The position numbers were made by a program, and so were the translations under genes. From Candidatus Omnitrophota bacterium (lineage in GTDB: Bacteria > Omnitrophota > Omnitrophia > Omnitrophales > Omnitrophaceae): a stretch of DNA of 56,950 nucleotides. Positions 38,958 through 50,081 of the stretch are shown piece by piece (positions within the stretch are counted from its first letter, which is position 1; every line of letters starts with the position of its first letter). The notes under the pieces were generated by a model, which saw only the letters and a list, made by a program, of their open reading frames with translations, was not told the origin of the DNA and did no database searches. The stretch lies in NCBI GenBank assembly GCA_029561555.1, contig JAKQXH010000045.1:1-56950 (forward strand). The letters run 5' to 3'.

Positions 38958-41577
38958 TTATTTTGCCCAGTTCAGTAAAGCAGCGGGCAACTCTCCTTCA
39001 TCGGAACATTTTAAAAAACTGACTTCGGGTTCTTTTTCGACCCCGTAAGTTTCGGCGATCCCATCCCAATATTGTTTGAGAAATTTTTCAACCCGCTCCC
39101 GGAAATATTTTTCCTCCTCGGGCTGAATGGCAAAAACAAAAATCATTCTCGGATCATGCGCGTCAAAAAAGATCCCCGTTTCATCTCTGGGAAAGCTCTT
39201 CTTAGCCGCTTCGTCCAGTGATTTCATCTCTCTTTCAAATTCTTTCAAGTTCGACATCTCCCGCCCGGCCGGGAGTCTGATTTTTGCCGAAAAAATCAAT
39301 AGTTGCCTTTTCCTGCTTTTGGCTTTTTTAAGGCGATTCTTCATGTACAGTTCAAAAGCTTCTTCCTCCGTTCGAAGCGGGAGGCTGAAAAAAAACCGGC
39401 TTCCCTTCCCATATTCCGACTCAACCCCGATTTTCCCCCCGTGCAATTCGATCAATCCCTTGGAAATGGCAAGTCCTAGCCCCGTCCCCTGAATCCCGGG
39501 ACCTATCAAACGGCCGATCTGAACGAATTTACTGAATAATCGCGGAAGTTCTTCCGAAGGAATGCCGATCCCCGTGTCAGTGACGGAAAACAGGACTTCC
39601 TTCTCTTGCCGCGAAACGGCCACTTCAATGCTTCCCCCGTCCTGGGAATACTTGAAAGCATTGGATATCAGATTCGTCAGGACCTGCGTGACCTTGGCGG
39701 CATCGAGAAAGATCCGCGGATTTTCCGATCCCGCATCTTTTCTGAATTCCAAGCGTAAATTCTTGTTTTGCGCGGCATGCTGAAACCGCATCATGGCGGA
39801 CCGGATCAATTCATCGATAAAAACAAACCTCGGTTCCAGCTCCACGCCGCCGGCTTCGATCTTAGAAATATCCAAAAGATCATTCACGATTTTCGCGAGA
39901 CGGTCCACGTCCTCAAGCATGATCTGAAGAATTTCCCTCTGCTCGTCGTTCACCTCCCCCAAGACCCCCTCAAAAAGCTGAGCCACGCCCTCCCGGATCA
40001 CCGTGAGAGGGGTTCTCAGTTCATGCGAAACCGTACTGATGAATTCGTCTTTGAGACGCTCCAAACGTTTCCGCTCGCTGATATCTTTAATGATCCCGAT
40101 CGCGCCGACCAATTCGCCGCGCAGGTCCTTGAGCACCATGAGCGAAATATCCGCATCTAAAATTTCGTTGTTCTTCCTGAGAAGTTTTGCTTCCATGCGG
40201 TGCTCCAGCTTCTTTCCGCTGGAGGCCGCGTCATTTTTAATCTTCTTCCATGCCTCCTCGGGATAGATTTCGGAAATAGGCCGGAGATGCAAATCTTCGC
40301 GGCTCATTCCGAGCATGGTCTCCGTAAAACGGTTCCACGAAACAATCCGTTCGGCTTCATCCACCATAAAAATTCCGGCAGGCGAATTGTCAAAAATAGT
40401 CTTGTATCGCTGTTCGGCAACTTGGAGCTTCATTTCCGCCTGTTTGCGGCCGGTAATATCCGCACCGAAGATCAGCGCGCCCAGATACCCTCCCCGGGGA
40501 GCCTTGATCGGATTCACGGTAATCCCGAAAGACGTCCTGACCGCTGTCTCGGTGACGGATCACTAAATCATCAACCCGAACCGGTTTCAGGGATTCCCGG
40601 GCCTCTGCCAAAGCGTTTCGAAGATTTTCAATATCCCAAAGAACGCGACATGCCGACAAGGGTTTCCCCAGTACCTCGCCCCGCGGGATCCCCAAAGAAG
40701 CTTCCGCGAGAGCATTCCAATGGCTGATGGTTTCATCCGCGTCGATTCCGATCAAGATCGAGGTAATGGCGGACAGAAGCTGGTGGTATTGATCGCGGGT
40801 CTTTTCGAGTTCGGTCACGGCACGAACCCTCGCCGTAACGTCCCGGAATACAACCGCGAAGCTGGTCTCTTTTTCGCTGCGATGAAAGATGCGAGGGTTG
40901 GCCTCCATCACAAACCGTTGACCGCGAAAATCGGTGAGCGTCAATTCAAAAGGCGAACGGGCCTTTCCGGTTTGAAGCAAAGAAAACTCCCTTAGGAAGG
41001 AATCGACGGAATCCGCCGCGACTAAATTCAGATCCGAAATCCGGCAGCCGATCACTTCCTGCGCCTTATTCCCGAGGATTTCTTTCATGGCGGGATTGAA
41101 CGCAATAATTTTCCCTTCAAGATCCAGGACGACAATCGGATCCGGCGCACCCTGAACCATTTCCGCGCAACGGCGCTCGCTTTCTTTTAAGGCCAGCTCT
41201 TTCCGGTGGAATTCCACGGAAACCCGGATCGAATGGCACAATTCGCGGGCCGAAAACTTTCCCTTGATTAAATAATCCGAAGCACCCGCTTTCATCGCCC
41301 GGACGGCGGTTTCCTCGTCGCCGTGCCCCGTAAGAAAAACCGCGGGAACTTCAATTCCTTGCCCGCGAATTTCCTCGAGAAGTTCGATTCCGTTTCTTGC
41401 CCGCAAAAGGTAATCCACGATGCAAACATCGTAAAAATGATCCCGGACCTTCGAAAGCGCCTCATCAAATGAAGCGGCCTCTTCGAAAAAGACTTCCTCG
41501 TCGCCGAATCCTTTTTGAATCAACGTGCGGATCAATTCCGCAGACGATGAATCATCCTCTACGATCAGAATTCTCAT
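38958..41577 (-). pseudogene. Frameshifted hybrid histidine kinase REC-PAS-PAS-PAS-HisKA-HATPase (split near 40527-40531)
   Basis: ORF 40390-41577 (REC, PAS, half PAS) and ORF 38958-40517 (half PAS, PAS, SHELRTP, GTGLGL) overlap; the second PAS reads through only with a frame change at GTC TTT CGG G. Confidence 0.85.
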
Positions 41578-41589
41578 TCGTTCGGTTCC

Positions 41590-42036
41590 TTAACCTCCCA
41601 AGACTTCCCCTTCGGTAGTCTCGCCCGAAAAAGGAGGAGGAGGATTTAAAAGTTTTTCGATACTGTTAATCAAATCCTTCGTGCTGACCGGCTTCGAAAG
41701 GACGGGTTCGGCATGAAACGGCTTGCCGTCAACGATGCCCAAAAAAAGCTTTTCGCTCCCCTTCTTGGCCAGCGCCGTCACGTAAAGCAGGGGCGTCTTC
41801 CCGAATTCGGGATCCGTTTGAATCTCAACGGCAATATTGCTCCCCCGCTTGTCCGGCAGCATAATATCCAGAATCACCAGGTCCGGCTTATAAGCCCGGA
41901 CTTTCTCGAAAGCCTGCGCGCCTTTGGTTTCGAATTCGACTTCGTATTTGCCCGTTTTTTCAAGATTCTTTTTGAACATCTCGCAAAGTTTTACTTCGTC
42001 GTCCACGACCAAAATCTTCTTTTTCATCGAACTCAC
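41590..42036 (-). CDS. Stand-alone response regulator receiver
   Basis: VVDDE, VILDIMLP, VTA, SKPV. Confidence 0.9.
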   Translation of the reverse strand: MSSMKKKILVVDDEVKLCEMFKKNLEKTGKYEVEFETKGAQAFEKVRAYKPDLVILDIMLPDKRGSNIAVEIQTDPEFGKTPLLYVTALAKKGSEKLFLGIVDGKPFHAEPVLSKPVSTKDLINSIEKLLNPPPPFSGETTEGEVLGG

Positions 42037-42070
42037 CCCCTTTCCTTAGTAAAATTTCTTGCGAATGATT

Positions 42071-43696
42071 TCATTTCCCTTCCGTTCCGCTTTTTACCGG
42101 AAATGAAATCAAGACCCTTGCCCCGCCTTCTTTCCGGTTTTCAATCATCACTCTCCCGCCGTGAGTCTCAATGATGCTCTTCACAATCGAAAGCCCGAGC
42201 CCGCTCCCCCCTTTGTCATATCGTGTCGTAAAAAACGGCTCAAAAACCTTGCTGATAATGTCCTCGGGTATCCCGGATCCGGAATCTTCAATAATCACGA
42301 AAATCTTATCGTCCGCGGTTCCGGGATATTGTTCGACAAAAGTTTTGACCCGCAGCTGACCGCCCTGAGTCATCGAATTGACCGCATTCGTAAAAAGATT
42401 GATAAAAACCTGTTCCATCCTGGTTTTGTCGGCCATCAAAATAATATCCCGTTCCGACAAATCTTTTTCGATTTGAATCGCATAGTGCTCAAATTCCGGT
42501 TTCAGAAGAATTAAAATGTTTTCGATAAGAGCACTTAAATTCTGTTCGGTCATGGAAACGCTTGAAAGACTGGCAAAATCCAGCATTCCCTTCACAATGC
42601 CTTCGGCGCGCTGAATGGACTGAGACATCGTTTCCATCACGGAACGGACATCCGGATCATTTTGAGGCAAAAGGCGCTCGAGACATTCCATTGCCTGCAT
42701 TAAAATCGCAAGGGGGTTTTTTACTTCATGCGCGACTCCGGACGCCAGCCGGCCGACCGATTCCCATTTTTCCGCCTGTACCAGCTGAGATTGAGTGGCC
42801 TTCAAATCTTCATGGGCTTTCCGGAGCTCAAACAATGTCTGAACCAGCTTCTGTTCTCCCAAAAGGCCCCGGCTGATCGCCTGCCTCAGTTTGGATTCCA
42901 TTTCTTTCCGCTTGGTCAGATCGTGAAAAACCGCCAAAAACATCTCCCGGTTTCCGTGCAAAACTCTCGAAACCGAAACCCCGGCATCGCGGAGAGCCCC
43001 GTTTTTATTCCGCATCCGGATTTCGGCCTCCTGAGTGCCTCCCTTCTCTCCGGCGGCACGAAACACTTCGAGAAGCTTTTGACGGTCCGGGTCCGCGAAA
43101 CAAATCTGCTCGAGAAAATTATCGCAGGCGTTCGCTTCCAGCATGGAATAGCCCGTCAGGTCTTCCATTCCGTTATTGAAGATTTCAAACCCCCCGATTC
43201 CCTCTCCCAAAATGATTCCCACGCGGATCGTCTCAAAAATCTTTTTCAGGCGATCCTCGTTCTGGCGCAGGATTTCTTCGACCTTTTTCTTTTCACGGTC
43301 TTTTTCACCCAAGCGGATCGCATATCGGATGGCTTGACAGAGAAGCTCAGGAGAAAATGCCCCTTTGACGAGATAATCCGCGGCACCGGCCCTCATCGCC
43401 TTGACGACCAAATTCAAATCCGCCTGGACCGTGAGAAAAATAGCCGGCGTCTGCACGCCGCTCCGGCGGATTTCCTCGAGAAGTTCGAGCCCGTTCTTCG
43501 CCCCCAGACGGTAATCGAGCAAAATCACGTCGTATTTCTGCCGGAAAATCCTCGGCAGAGCTTCCTCGAACGAGCGGGCAGTCTCAACCCGTGATTCCAA
43601 TTCTCCCCGGAAGCCATCTTCTATCAAACGTTTGATGAAAAGAAGGTCCGCTTCTGCATCGTCGACAATCAGCACGCAAAAGCTATGTTCACTCAT
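42071..43696 (-). CDS. Hybrid histidine kinase REC-PAS-HisKA-HATPase
   Basis: LLDYRL receiver, PAS-like middle, GVAHEVKNPL, QVFINLFTNA, FEPFFTT, GSGLGL. Confidence 0.93.
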   Translation of the reverse strand: MSEHSFCVLIVDDAEADLLFIKRLIEDGFRGELESRVETARSFEEALPRIFRQKYDVILLDYRLGAKNGLELLEEIRRSGVQTPAIFLTVQADLNLVVKAMRAGAADYLVKGAFSPELLCQAIRYAIRLGEKDREKKKVEEILRQNEDRLKKIFETIRVGIILGEGIGGFEIFNNGMEDLTGYSMLEANACDNFLEQICFADPDRQKLLEVFRAAGEKGGTQEAEIRMRNKNGALRDAGVSVSRVLHGNREMFLAVFHDLTKRKEMESKLRQAISRGLLGEQKLVQTLFELRKAHEDLKATQSQLVQAEKWESVGRLASGVAHEVKNPLAILMQAMECLERLLPQNDPDVRSVMETMSQSIQRAEGIVKGMLDFASLSSVSMTEQNLSALIENILILLKPEFEHYAIQIEKDLSERDIILMADKTRMEQVFINLFTNAVNSMTQGGQLRVKTFVEQYPGTADDKIFVIIEDSGSGIPEDIISKVFEPFFTTRYDKGGSGLGLSIVKSIIETHGGRVMIENRKEGGARVLISFPVKSGTEGK

Positions 43697-43722
43697 TCCG
43701 ACCCCCGATTCGTTTCCAAAGT

Positions 43723-45570
43723 TTAAATCCGCCCAGCTGCCTTGTTCATGGACTTCAGCGCCTTATTCAATTCCCATCCCTTCATCGCTTCAAGCGAAAG
43801 AGGCACAACTCGCCGCCAATTTTTATCCCCCGTCGTCCCCGGAAAATTAATGCGGGACGCCACGGGATCCCGGTTCAGCGAAGAATCCAGCGCAAGCCAA
43901 TCCTGCAGGAGTTGAATCGAGAAGATCGATGCGGATTGATGGATTCTCCCGAGAGCAGCTCGGATCAATTCGACCGAACATTTTTCCTCCGGCTTTCCGC
44001 TCAGGCCGAGATAGTTCCAGAATTTCTCCCGTTCCGTGAAGGAAGCCCGATAGGCATCCAAAAATTCGTAAATTTCATCCGGCCGTTTTCCCAAAGCCGA
44101 AAGCAATTTCCCTTCGTCGTCAAGATCCCTCCTCCATCTTAGGCGCCCTTCACGGGATTTTTTCGGATCAAAAAGTTCCCCCTTCACTTTCCCGAAATCA
44201 ATCCCTTTGAGTTCACATTGCCTGCGGAAAAGGCCTTCGTCAACGGTTCCCGCCTCAAATTCCCACCATCCGCGGAGGAAATGCATGTCATGCGTTGAGA
44301 TCACGGCAATCGAATTTTTGCGATAGCCTGCCGGGGACTTAAAATCATAGGTCTTACCCCAGTCTCTGACCCAACGCTGGACATCCATGCCGGGGGCCGC
44401 GAATTCTTCCAAAAGCCGGTAAGAACACGGAGGGACCATTCCCAAATCCTCGGCACATGGGAGCATCCCATTGCTCTCCACCATGACGGTCAGCAGAGTC
44501 CTTCCGTGATGCTCCCACACGCTTTCGTCCCGAGGGTCAAAAACCCCGTTGAGCCCCGCATTCTCGGGAGAATCGTTCACCGGAATCGTCCAAAGCCTGA
44601 AAAGCCCGACGAAATGATCGATTCGGTAGAGATCGTAAAAATTCTCGGCATACCGGAGCTTTTCGGTCACGTAATCGTAATGATTCCGCGCAATATTCTC
44701 CCAATGATAAGGCGGCATCCCCCAACGTTGTCCTTTCCAGAAATAAAGGTCGGGAGGAGCCCCCGCGGCAAGATGTAATTTAAAATAATCCTGATGAGCC
44801 CAGACGTCCGCGCTGTCCCGGGAAACCAGAAACGGGATATCCCCCATCAGCAAAACCGCTTTCGATGCCGCATACGCCTTCGCATCGCGGAACTGTTCGA
44901 ACAGTTGCCATTGAAGCCACGCGTAAAAATCAATCCGGCCCCGGTTCTCCTTCTCGAAACGCGACAAAGCGGCGGGATCTCTTCCCTTTAAATCCGCGGG
45001 CCACTCTTCCCAGGAAGATTGCCCGTATTTTTCCTTAATCACCTTGAAAAGCGAATAATCTCCGAGCCAAAACAAATTTTGCTGCTTGAACTTTTTGAAA
45101 GCGGCAGGCCCCGGAGTTTTTTGTTTCAAAAAAATACCGGCCAACAATTCCAATTTGGCCTGTTTGATCCCGTAATCCACAATTTCTTTATTTATCGGAA
45201 ATAACTTCCGGAGGGCCTCAATGTTTTTCCGGAACGGACCGATTTCCGCTCCGGTAAGCTGCCCCAGCGAAAGGTACATGGGATCCAGTGCAAAATTGCT
45301 TTGCGCATCATACGGCCTGAAATCAAAACCGACATCATTCAGGGGAAGCAGTTGTATCAGAGACATCCCCACGGAACGCGTCCAATCCACCAGCGGTTTG
45401 AGGTCAGGGAGCTCCCCGATCCCTACGCTCTCCGCCGAATAAACCGAAAAAAGAGGGGTCGCAATTCCCGCGCGCCGCCGGGTCCCGATCCGTTTCCATT
45501 GCCGGCCTGCCTTCATTTCAAGAAATGATTGGTATTCGTCCTGCGTTACTGTTTCTTTCACCCGCCCCAT
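43723..45570 (-). CDS. malQ: 4-alpha-glucanotransferase (GH77)
   Basis: IQLLPLND, GDIPFLV, GAPPD, RIDHFVG, AEDLG, STHD, RINFPG. Confidence 0.92.
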   Translation of the reverse strand: MGRVKETVTQDEYQSFLEMKAGRQWKRIGTRRRAGIATPLFSVYSAESVGIGELPDLKPLVDWTRSVGMSLIQLLPLNDVGFDFRPYDAQSNFALDPMYLSLGQLTGAEIGPFRKNIEALRKLFPINKEIVDYGIKQAKLELLAGIFLKQKTPGPAAFKKFKQQNLFWLGDYSLFKVIKEKYGQSSWEEWPADLKGRDPAALSRFEKENRGRIDFYAWLQWQLFEQFRDAKAYAASKAVLLMGDIPFLVSRDSADVWAHQDYFKLHLAAGAPPDLYFWKGQRWGMPPYHWENIARNHYDYVTEKLRYAENFYDLYRIDHFVGLFRLWTIPVNDSPENAGLNGVFDPRDESVWEHHGRTLLTVMVESNGMLPCAEDLGMVPPCSYRLLEEFAAPGMDVQRWVRDWGKTYDFKSPAGYRKNSIAVISTHDMHFLRGWWEFEAGTVDEGLFRRQCELKGIDFGKVKGELFDPKKSREGRLRWRRDLDDEGKLLSALGKRPDEIYEFLDAYRASFTEREKFWNYLGLSGKPEEKCSVELIRAALGRIHQSASIFSIQLLQDWLALDSSLNRDPVASRINFPGTTGDKNWRRVVPLSLEAMKGWELNKALKSMNKAAGRI

Positions 45571-45585
45571 CTCCTTTTATCTCAA

Positions 45586-48108
45586 TCAACTGACCGCTGT
45601 AGTTTTAGCCGTCGAGTTCCCGTCATTTTCGGCACTTTTTTTTCCGAAAAAGCCACGAAAATCTTCCGCATCCACCCCCAGAGAATCCGAAATCTTCAGG
45701 ATCTTATTCACAAAACCGGGCGTCATAATTCCCGCATACCGGGAAGCAAAAACTTCCCCTTTCAATAAAGAAAACACACTGTTTTGCGCGCAGGTCAGAT
45801 CAAGCCCCACTCCAATCTGAGCGGCAAATGCCTGAATGTTTAGGCAAGCTTGAGCGGTCACATCCTCGGGATTCTTCAGGAGACGCTCCGCCGCGCATCC
45901 CAACTCTTCCGAAAGAAGCCGCGCAATCCCGTTTTTCCCGGGATCGAGTTTTGAACGTTCCGCTAAATGGATCAGGCCGACAACTTCGTCTTTTTTCCTT
46001 TCATCAAAGCCCGACGAGACCCATTTCAGGATTTCTCTCCGGAGTTTTTTCTGCAGTAAAAGCTCAGCGACGCAGGCAATATCCCCGGAAAGCCCGCCGG
46101 ATCTTGCCTTCATTTCCTCAGAATCAAAGAGCCCTTCATACACCCCGCAGAGGTCGGTCAAGCCCCGGCCGGCCAACTTTGAGAAAATGTCAATCCGGTC
46201 ATTCACAAGAAATTGCTTCAAAAAATAGTACTCCCCTTTAAAAAACCGGCTGACTTTTTCCACAAATCCGCCTGTGTCCCGGACAAAACCTTCATCAAAT
46301 ATCTTCTGTTCAAGCATTTGAAGTTCCCTGAGTCCCTGAAACGGTTTAACCAGGCAGGCCGGCTCTTGCCCTGCCGAGTTCAGGGCAAGAATAATGAATT
46401 CCCGCTCCTCCTGAGTCGTTTTGCAAAGCAGACGGATCCTCTGAAGGTGGCAACTCAAACCGTCCCGACATTCTCTTCGGTCATAAAAACATTCAAAATC
46501 AAAATTCCCGCGGGACAATTCTTCATCGGGGATCCCCAGCATAAAAGCAATCCCGAAAACCGCCGCCCGTTTCTCCCAGGAAACCAAGGCCGGCCTGACA
46601 AGCTTTTCGTAAACTCCGCGGCCGTTCCCGAATTCGGGAAGATTGCTTTTCGCCTTTGAAAGGCGTTTTAAAAATTCTTTTTCCAAATTAGCCCCTCCGA
46701 CTTCCGTCACAAGTTCCATCACCCGGGCGGCATACTGAAGGACTTGAACCGTTTCGATTCCGGACAGTTCAGAGAAAAACCATCCGCAGCTGGTGTACAT
46801 CAACATCGCATAACGCTGCGCCTCGAGAACTTTAACGCATAAAATTCGCTCTTCCTTCGTCAAGATCTTCCGCGCATGCTTTTTCAGGAAAGCTTCCACC
46901 GTCTCGTCCGAACGGTCCAACACCACATGGATATAATCATCACGGGAAAGCCAGAAATCCTCCAAATACCGGTTTCCGACTTTCTGGCAGACTTGCGCGG
47001 CTTCGTCGCGAAGCCAGTCCAATGCCTCCCGCAGAGGCCCTCTCCACTGCTGCGTCCATCCTTCGGGCCCGCCGGTCGAACATCCGCAATCCGTTTTCCA
47101 CCGTCCCACGCCGTGTGCGCAGCTCCACGAAGTTCCCTCCCCGTTTGGCCCCTCTTTCAGCATCACCGCATATTGCGGCGGATTCTCCGCCAGAAACTCC
47201 CCGTAATTGACGTCCAAAAATTTTCTTTCCGAAAGTTCGTGTGTAACAAGATAGGCCAGAAAATTATTCGCGAACGGTTTGTGGTGGCCGTAAGTCTCGC
47301 CGTCCGTCGCAATGTGAACCAGAGGATTTCCCTCTAGAGGGACTTCAGCCAAATCTTTCAGCTGTCCTCCGAACCGCTTGGCATCATAGCTGGCTTCTCC
47401 AAACGCCACATTCAGAGCCGTCAGGCCGTCATAGAAAAAAATATCCACAAACCGCCGGGAATCCTTCGCCAAAAAGCAGCGATACACCCTCCGGGGGTCG
47501 ATTTTTTTAAAATCGGAAAGATATTCCCAGCTTTTCCGGTTAAACGGCCGGATGGCGTCCGCCTGGCGGGGATCCAGGATAATGAATTTAATTCCGTAAG
47601 CGTTCAGAACTTCCAAGGTTTCCTGATTGCAAGCGGCTTCCGGAAGCCACAAACCTTCCGGCTCGCGGCCGAAACGGTACCGAAAGTCCTCAATTCCCCA
47701 CCGGATCTGCGTTTCCTTGTCCCGGCGATTGGCCAAAGGCAGAATCATGTGGTTATACCCCTGCGCCAGGGCATTTCCGTGCCCCTTATGCCGAACGAGA
47801 CTCTTCCGATCCGCCTCAAGAACGCAATCGTAAATCTCCGGATGCTTTTGGGCCATCCAGCTGAGCAGGGTCGGACCGAAATTAAAACTGATCCACTCGT
47901 AGTTGTTGACGATATCGGCGATCTTTCCTTTTTCGTTAAAAACGCGGGAAGCCGCGTTGGGTTGATAACATTCGAAATGAATGCGTTCGTTCCAATCGTG
48001 GAACGGAAACGCGCTCGGCTGGAAATCGATTTCCTCCGTCCAGGGATTCTCCCGGGGCGGTTGATAAAAATGCCCGTGAATACAGACATAAACCGTTTTG
48101 TTTTCCAT
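45586..48108 (-). CDS. GH57/DUF3536 family glycoside hydrolase
   Basis: CIHGHFYQPPRENPW, WLPE, ATDGETYGHH, SWSCAHGVGRW, MYTSCGWFF. Confidence 0.9.
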   Translation of the reverse strand: MENKTVYVCIHGHFYQPPRENPWTEEIDFQPSAFPFHDWNERIHFECYQPNAASRVFNEKGKIADIVNNYEWISFNFGPTLLSWMAQKHPEIYDCVLEADRKSLVRHKGHGNALAQGYNHMILPLANRRDKETQIRWGIEDFRYRFGREPEGLWLPEAACNQETLEVLNAYGIKFIILDPRQADAIRPFNRKSWEYLSDFKKIDPRRVYRCFLAKDSRRFVDIFFYDGLTALNVAFGEASYDAKRFGGQLKDLAEVPLEGNPLVHIATDGETYGHHKPFANNFLAYLVTHELSERKFLDVNYGEFLAENPPQYAVMLKEGPNGEGTSWSCAHGVGRWKTDCGCSTGGPEGWTQQWRGPLREALDWLRDEAAQVCQKVGNRYLEDFWLSRDDYIHVVLDRSDETVEAFLKKHARKILTKEERILCVKVLEAQRYAMLMYTSCGWFFSELSGIETVQVLQYAARVMELVTEVGGANLEKEFLKRLSKAKSNLPEFGNGRGVYEKLVRPALVSWEKRAAVFGIAFMLGIPDEELSRGNFDFECFYDRRECRDGLSCHLQRIRLLCKTTQEEREFIILALNSAGQEPACLVKPFQGLRELQMLEQKIFDEGFVRDTGGFVEKVSRFFKGEYYFLKQFLVNDRIDIFSKLAGRGLTDLCGVYEGLFDSEEMKARSGGLSGDIACVAELLLQKKLRREILKWVSSGFDERKKDEVVGLIHLAERSKLDPGKNGIARLLSEELGCAAERLLKNPEDVTAQACLNIQAFAAQIGVGLDLTCAQNSVFSLLKGEVFASRYAGIMTPGFVNKILKISDSLGVDAEDFRGFFGKKSAENDGNSTAKTTAVS

Positions 48109-48143
48109 GTCTCCTCGTCAGCGCCGAATCATGTTTGGAACGG

Positions 48144-49058
48144 TTATGATTTTTCCTCCGGTCTTAAAACCGACAAAACAACCGAAAGGCTTAAAATCCC
48201 GGCCACAACTCCCAAGGCAATCCCGACCGGAATATGATAAAAATCCGCAATCAGCATCTTGAGCCCGATAAAAACCAAAATAAAAGAAAGGCCGTAAGAC
48301 AGATAGTGAAATTTTCTCATCGCCGCCGCCAAGGCGAAATACAAAGACCGCAGTCCGAGAATTGCGAACATATTCGAGGTATACACGATAAACGGGTCGA
48401 GGGTGATCCCGAAAATCGCCGGGATGGAATCCACCGCAAAAACGACATCCGTCGTCTCAATCACAAGCAGCACCAGAAAAAGAAGGGTCGCAAGGCGCCT
48501 CCCGCCCTGTTTGACAAAAAACCGGCCTTCGACATATCCGGACGTCATCGGAAGATACCGCCCGCACAATTTCACGACCGGATTTTTTTCGGGATGAATT
48601 TCCTTGTCTTTCTCTTTTAGCAGCTTGAATCCGGTGTAAATCAAAAACGCGCCGAACACGTAAATAATCCAATGAAACTTATGAATCAACGCGACTCCCG
48701 CCAAAATAAAGACGGCCCGCATGATCTGAGCCCCGACAATCCCCCAGAAAAGAACGCGGTGCTGATACTGAGACGGGACTTTGAAATAGGAAAAGATAAG
48801 AAGAAAAACAAAAAGATTGTCGACGCTGAGAGAATACTCAATCAAATAACCGGTCAAAAACTTCAGTCCCGCATCATGCCCTCTCGTGACAAAAATCCCG
48901 GCATTGAACAGAAGCGCGAGCGCCACGTAAAAAAGAGTCCACAGAATCGCCTCCCGGGCCTCGATGGTATGCTGTTTCCGTTGAACCACCAATAAATCAA
49001 ACGAAAGGATCCCGATGATCAGAAGTGTAAACCATACAAAGTGAACGGCAGGATTCAT
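48144..49058 (-). CDS. TerC/Alx family membrane protein
   Basis: GYLIEYSLSVDNLFVF, QHRVLFWG, DVVFAVDSIPA, TSNMFAILGLRSLYF. Confidence 0.94.
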   Translation of the reverse strand: MNPAVHFVWFTLLIIGILSFDLLVVQRKQHTIEAREAILWTLFYVALALLFNAGIFVTRGHDAGLKFLTGYLIEYSLSVDNLFVFLLIFSYFKVPSQYQHRVLFWGIVGAQIMRAVFILAGVALIHKFHWIIYVFGAFLIYTGFKLLKEKDKEIHPEKNPVVKLCGRYLPMTSGYVEGRFFVKQGGRRLATLLFLVLLVIETTDVVFAVDSIPAIFGITLDPFIVYTSNMFAILGLRSLYFALAAAMRKFHYLSYGLSFILVFIGLKMLIADFYHIPVGIALGVVAGILSLSVVLSVLRPEEKS

Positions 49059-49130
49059 TCAACGTTTTCCTTTGCTTGATCCAAAATCTTTTTCAGGACA
49101 TCCGCGCAATCATTTCCCCCCACGCCCGGC

Positions 49131-49649
49131 TCATAAATCTCCGAATAGATTCCTCAAATCATTACCGGCCGAACGGGCAATTTGGCTGCAGACGAAAATC
49201 AGAACTGAAAATTGCCAGCAATCTTCCGGCCCGGAAAAGAGTCCGGTCAGAATATCTTCTTTTTTCTGAAGCTGTCCAAGATAATGCCGGATCGCTCCCC
49301 CCAAGTTCCCTTCAAAAACATCCAAATGATGCGTGGCATGGCTGTATTTCATCGAAGGGAAGCGGATCCCCCTGACCAGGAAAAAAGCCTTCAGGTCATC
49401 TTGCCCCCCGGAAAAATCTTTTTCAAAATCAAACCCTTCAAACTGAGGGTTATTGGGAGGAAGAAAAAGCGACGGTTTCTCGACAATCACCTCCCCGCGC
49501 CTGACAACCGTGTCTCCGCGATTCATCAAAGATTCAGCGAGAAAAATGTAGTCTACCGCCGTCGGCTGAAACGTCTGAAGGCTTTGCACGCGGGGGCGTA
49601 TAATCTCCGTCCGCTTTAACGCCTTTTCCCAATAATCCCGAATATTCAT
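49131..49649 (-). CDS. Hypothetical cytoplasmic protein (start ATG 49649)
   Basis: Globular-looking 172-aa ORF in operon-like arrangement; no family recognised with confidence. Confidence 0.75.
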   Translation of the reverse strand: MNIRDYWEKALKRTEIIRPRVQSLQTFQPTAVDYIFLAESLMNRGDTVVRRGEVIVEKPSLFLPPNNPQFEGFDFEKDFSGGQDDLKAFFLVRGIRFPSMKYSHATHHLDVFEGNLGGAIRHYLGQLQKKEDILTGLFSGPEDCWQFSVLIFVCSQIARSAGNDLRNLFGDL

Positions 49650-49676
49650 CCAAAAAAATAAAAACAAACTCGATTT

Positions 49677-50030
49677 TTATATTCGCTGCTTAATCTCGCG
49701 AATAGACCGGATGCACGCCTGCATAACATCTTCGCAATTTTTCACTTCCTGCTCGGACGCGTACTGGTGGGGAACAAGAGCCCGGTAAACCCCGGCAGAT
49801 TGTTCCATCAACTGACCGGCCCGGGTATAAAGAGAAATCGCGACTTCTCCTTTTTCTCTCGTGACTCCCCCTTTTAAAACCCCCTGGGCTTCCTGCATCA
49901 ATTGGAAAGCCATTTTAATATTCGCATCGGCCTCCGCGCGAATGGATTCGGGCGTCGTCTCCGCGCCGAAACTCATGTGCGGAAATAAAAGAGACAAACC
50001 AATCGTCACTCCGATAAAAATTCTTTTCAT
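49677..50030 (-). CDS. Exported helical hypothetical protein (start ATG 50030)
   Basis: GGGAG SD; signal peptide ending SFG|A; helical mature part. Confidence 0.75.
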   Translation of the reverse strand: MKRIFIGVTIGLSLLFPHMSFGAETTPESIRAEADANIKMAFQLMQEAQGVLKGGVTREKGEVAISLYTRAGQLMEQSAGVYRALVPHQYASEQEVKNCEDVMQACIRSIREIKQRI

Positions 50031-50081
50031 TGCTCGGTCTCCCTGAATTGGATTTTCCAAAAACCCGCTTCATTCATTCCA

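Noticed and set aside
49059-49130. yybP-ykoY riboswitch before terC
   Set aside because: Only ~70 nt of intergenic sequence and no recognisable structure.
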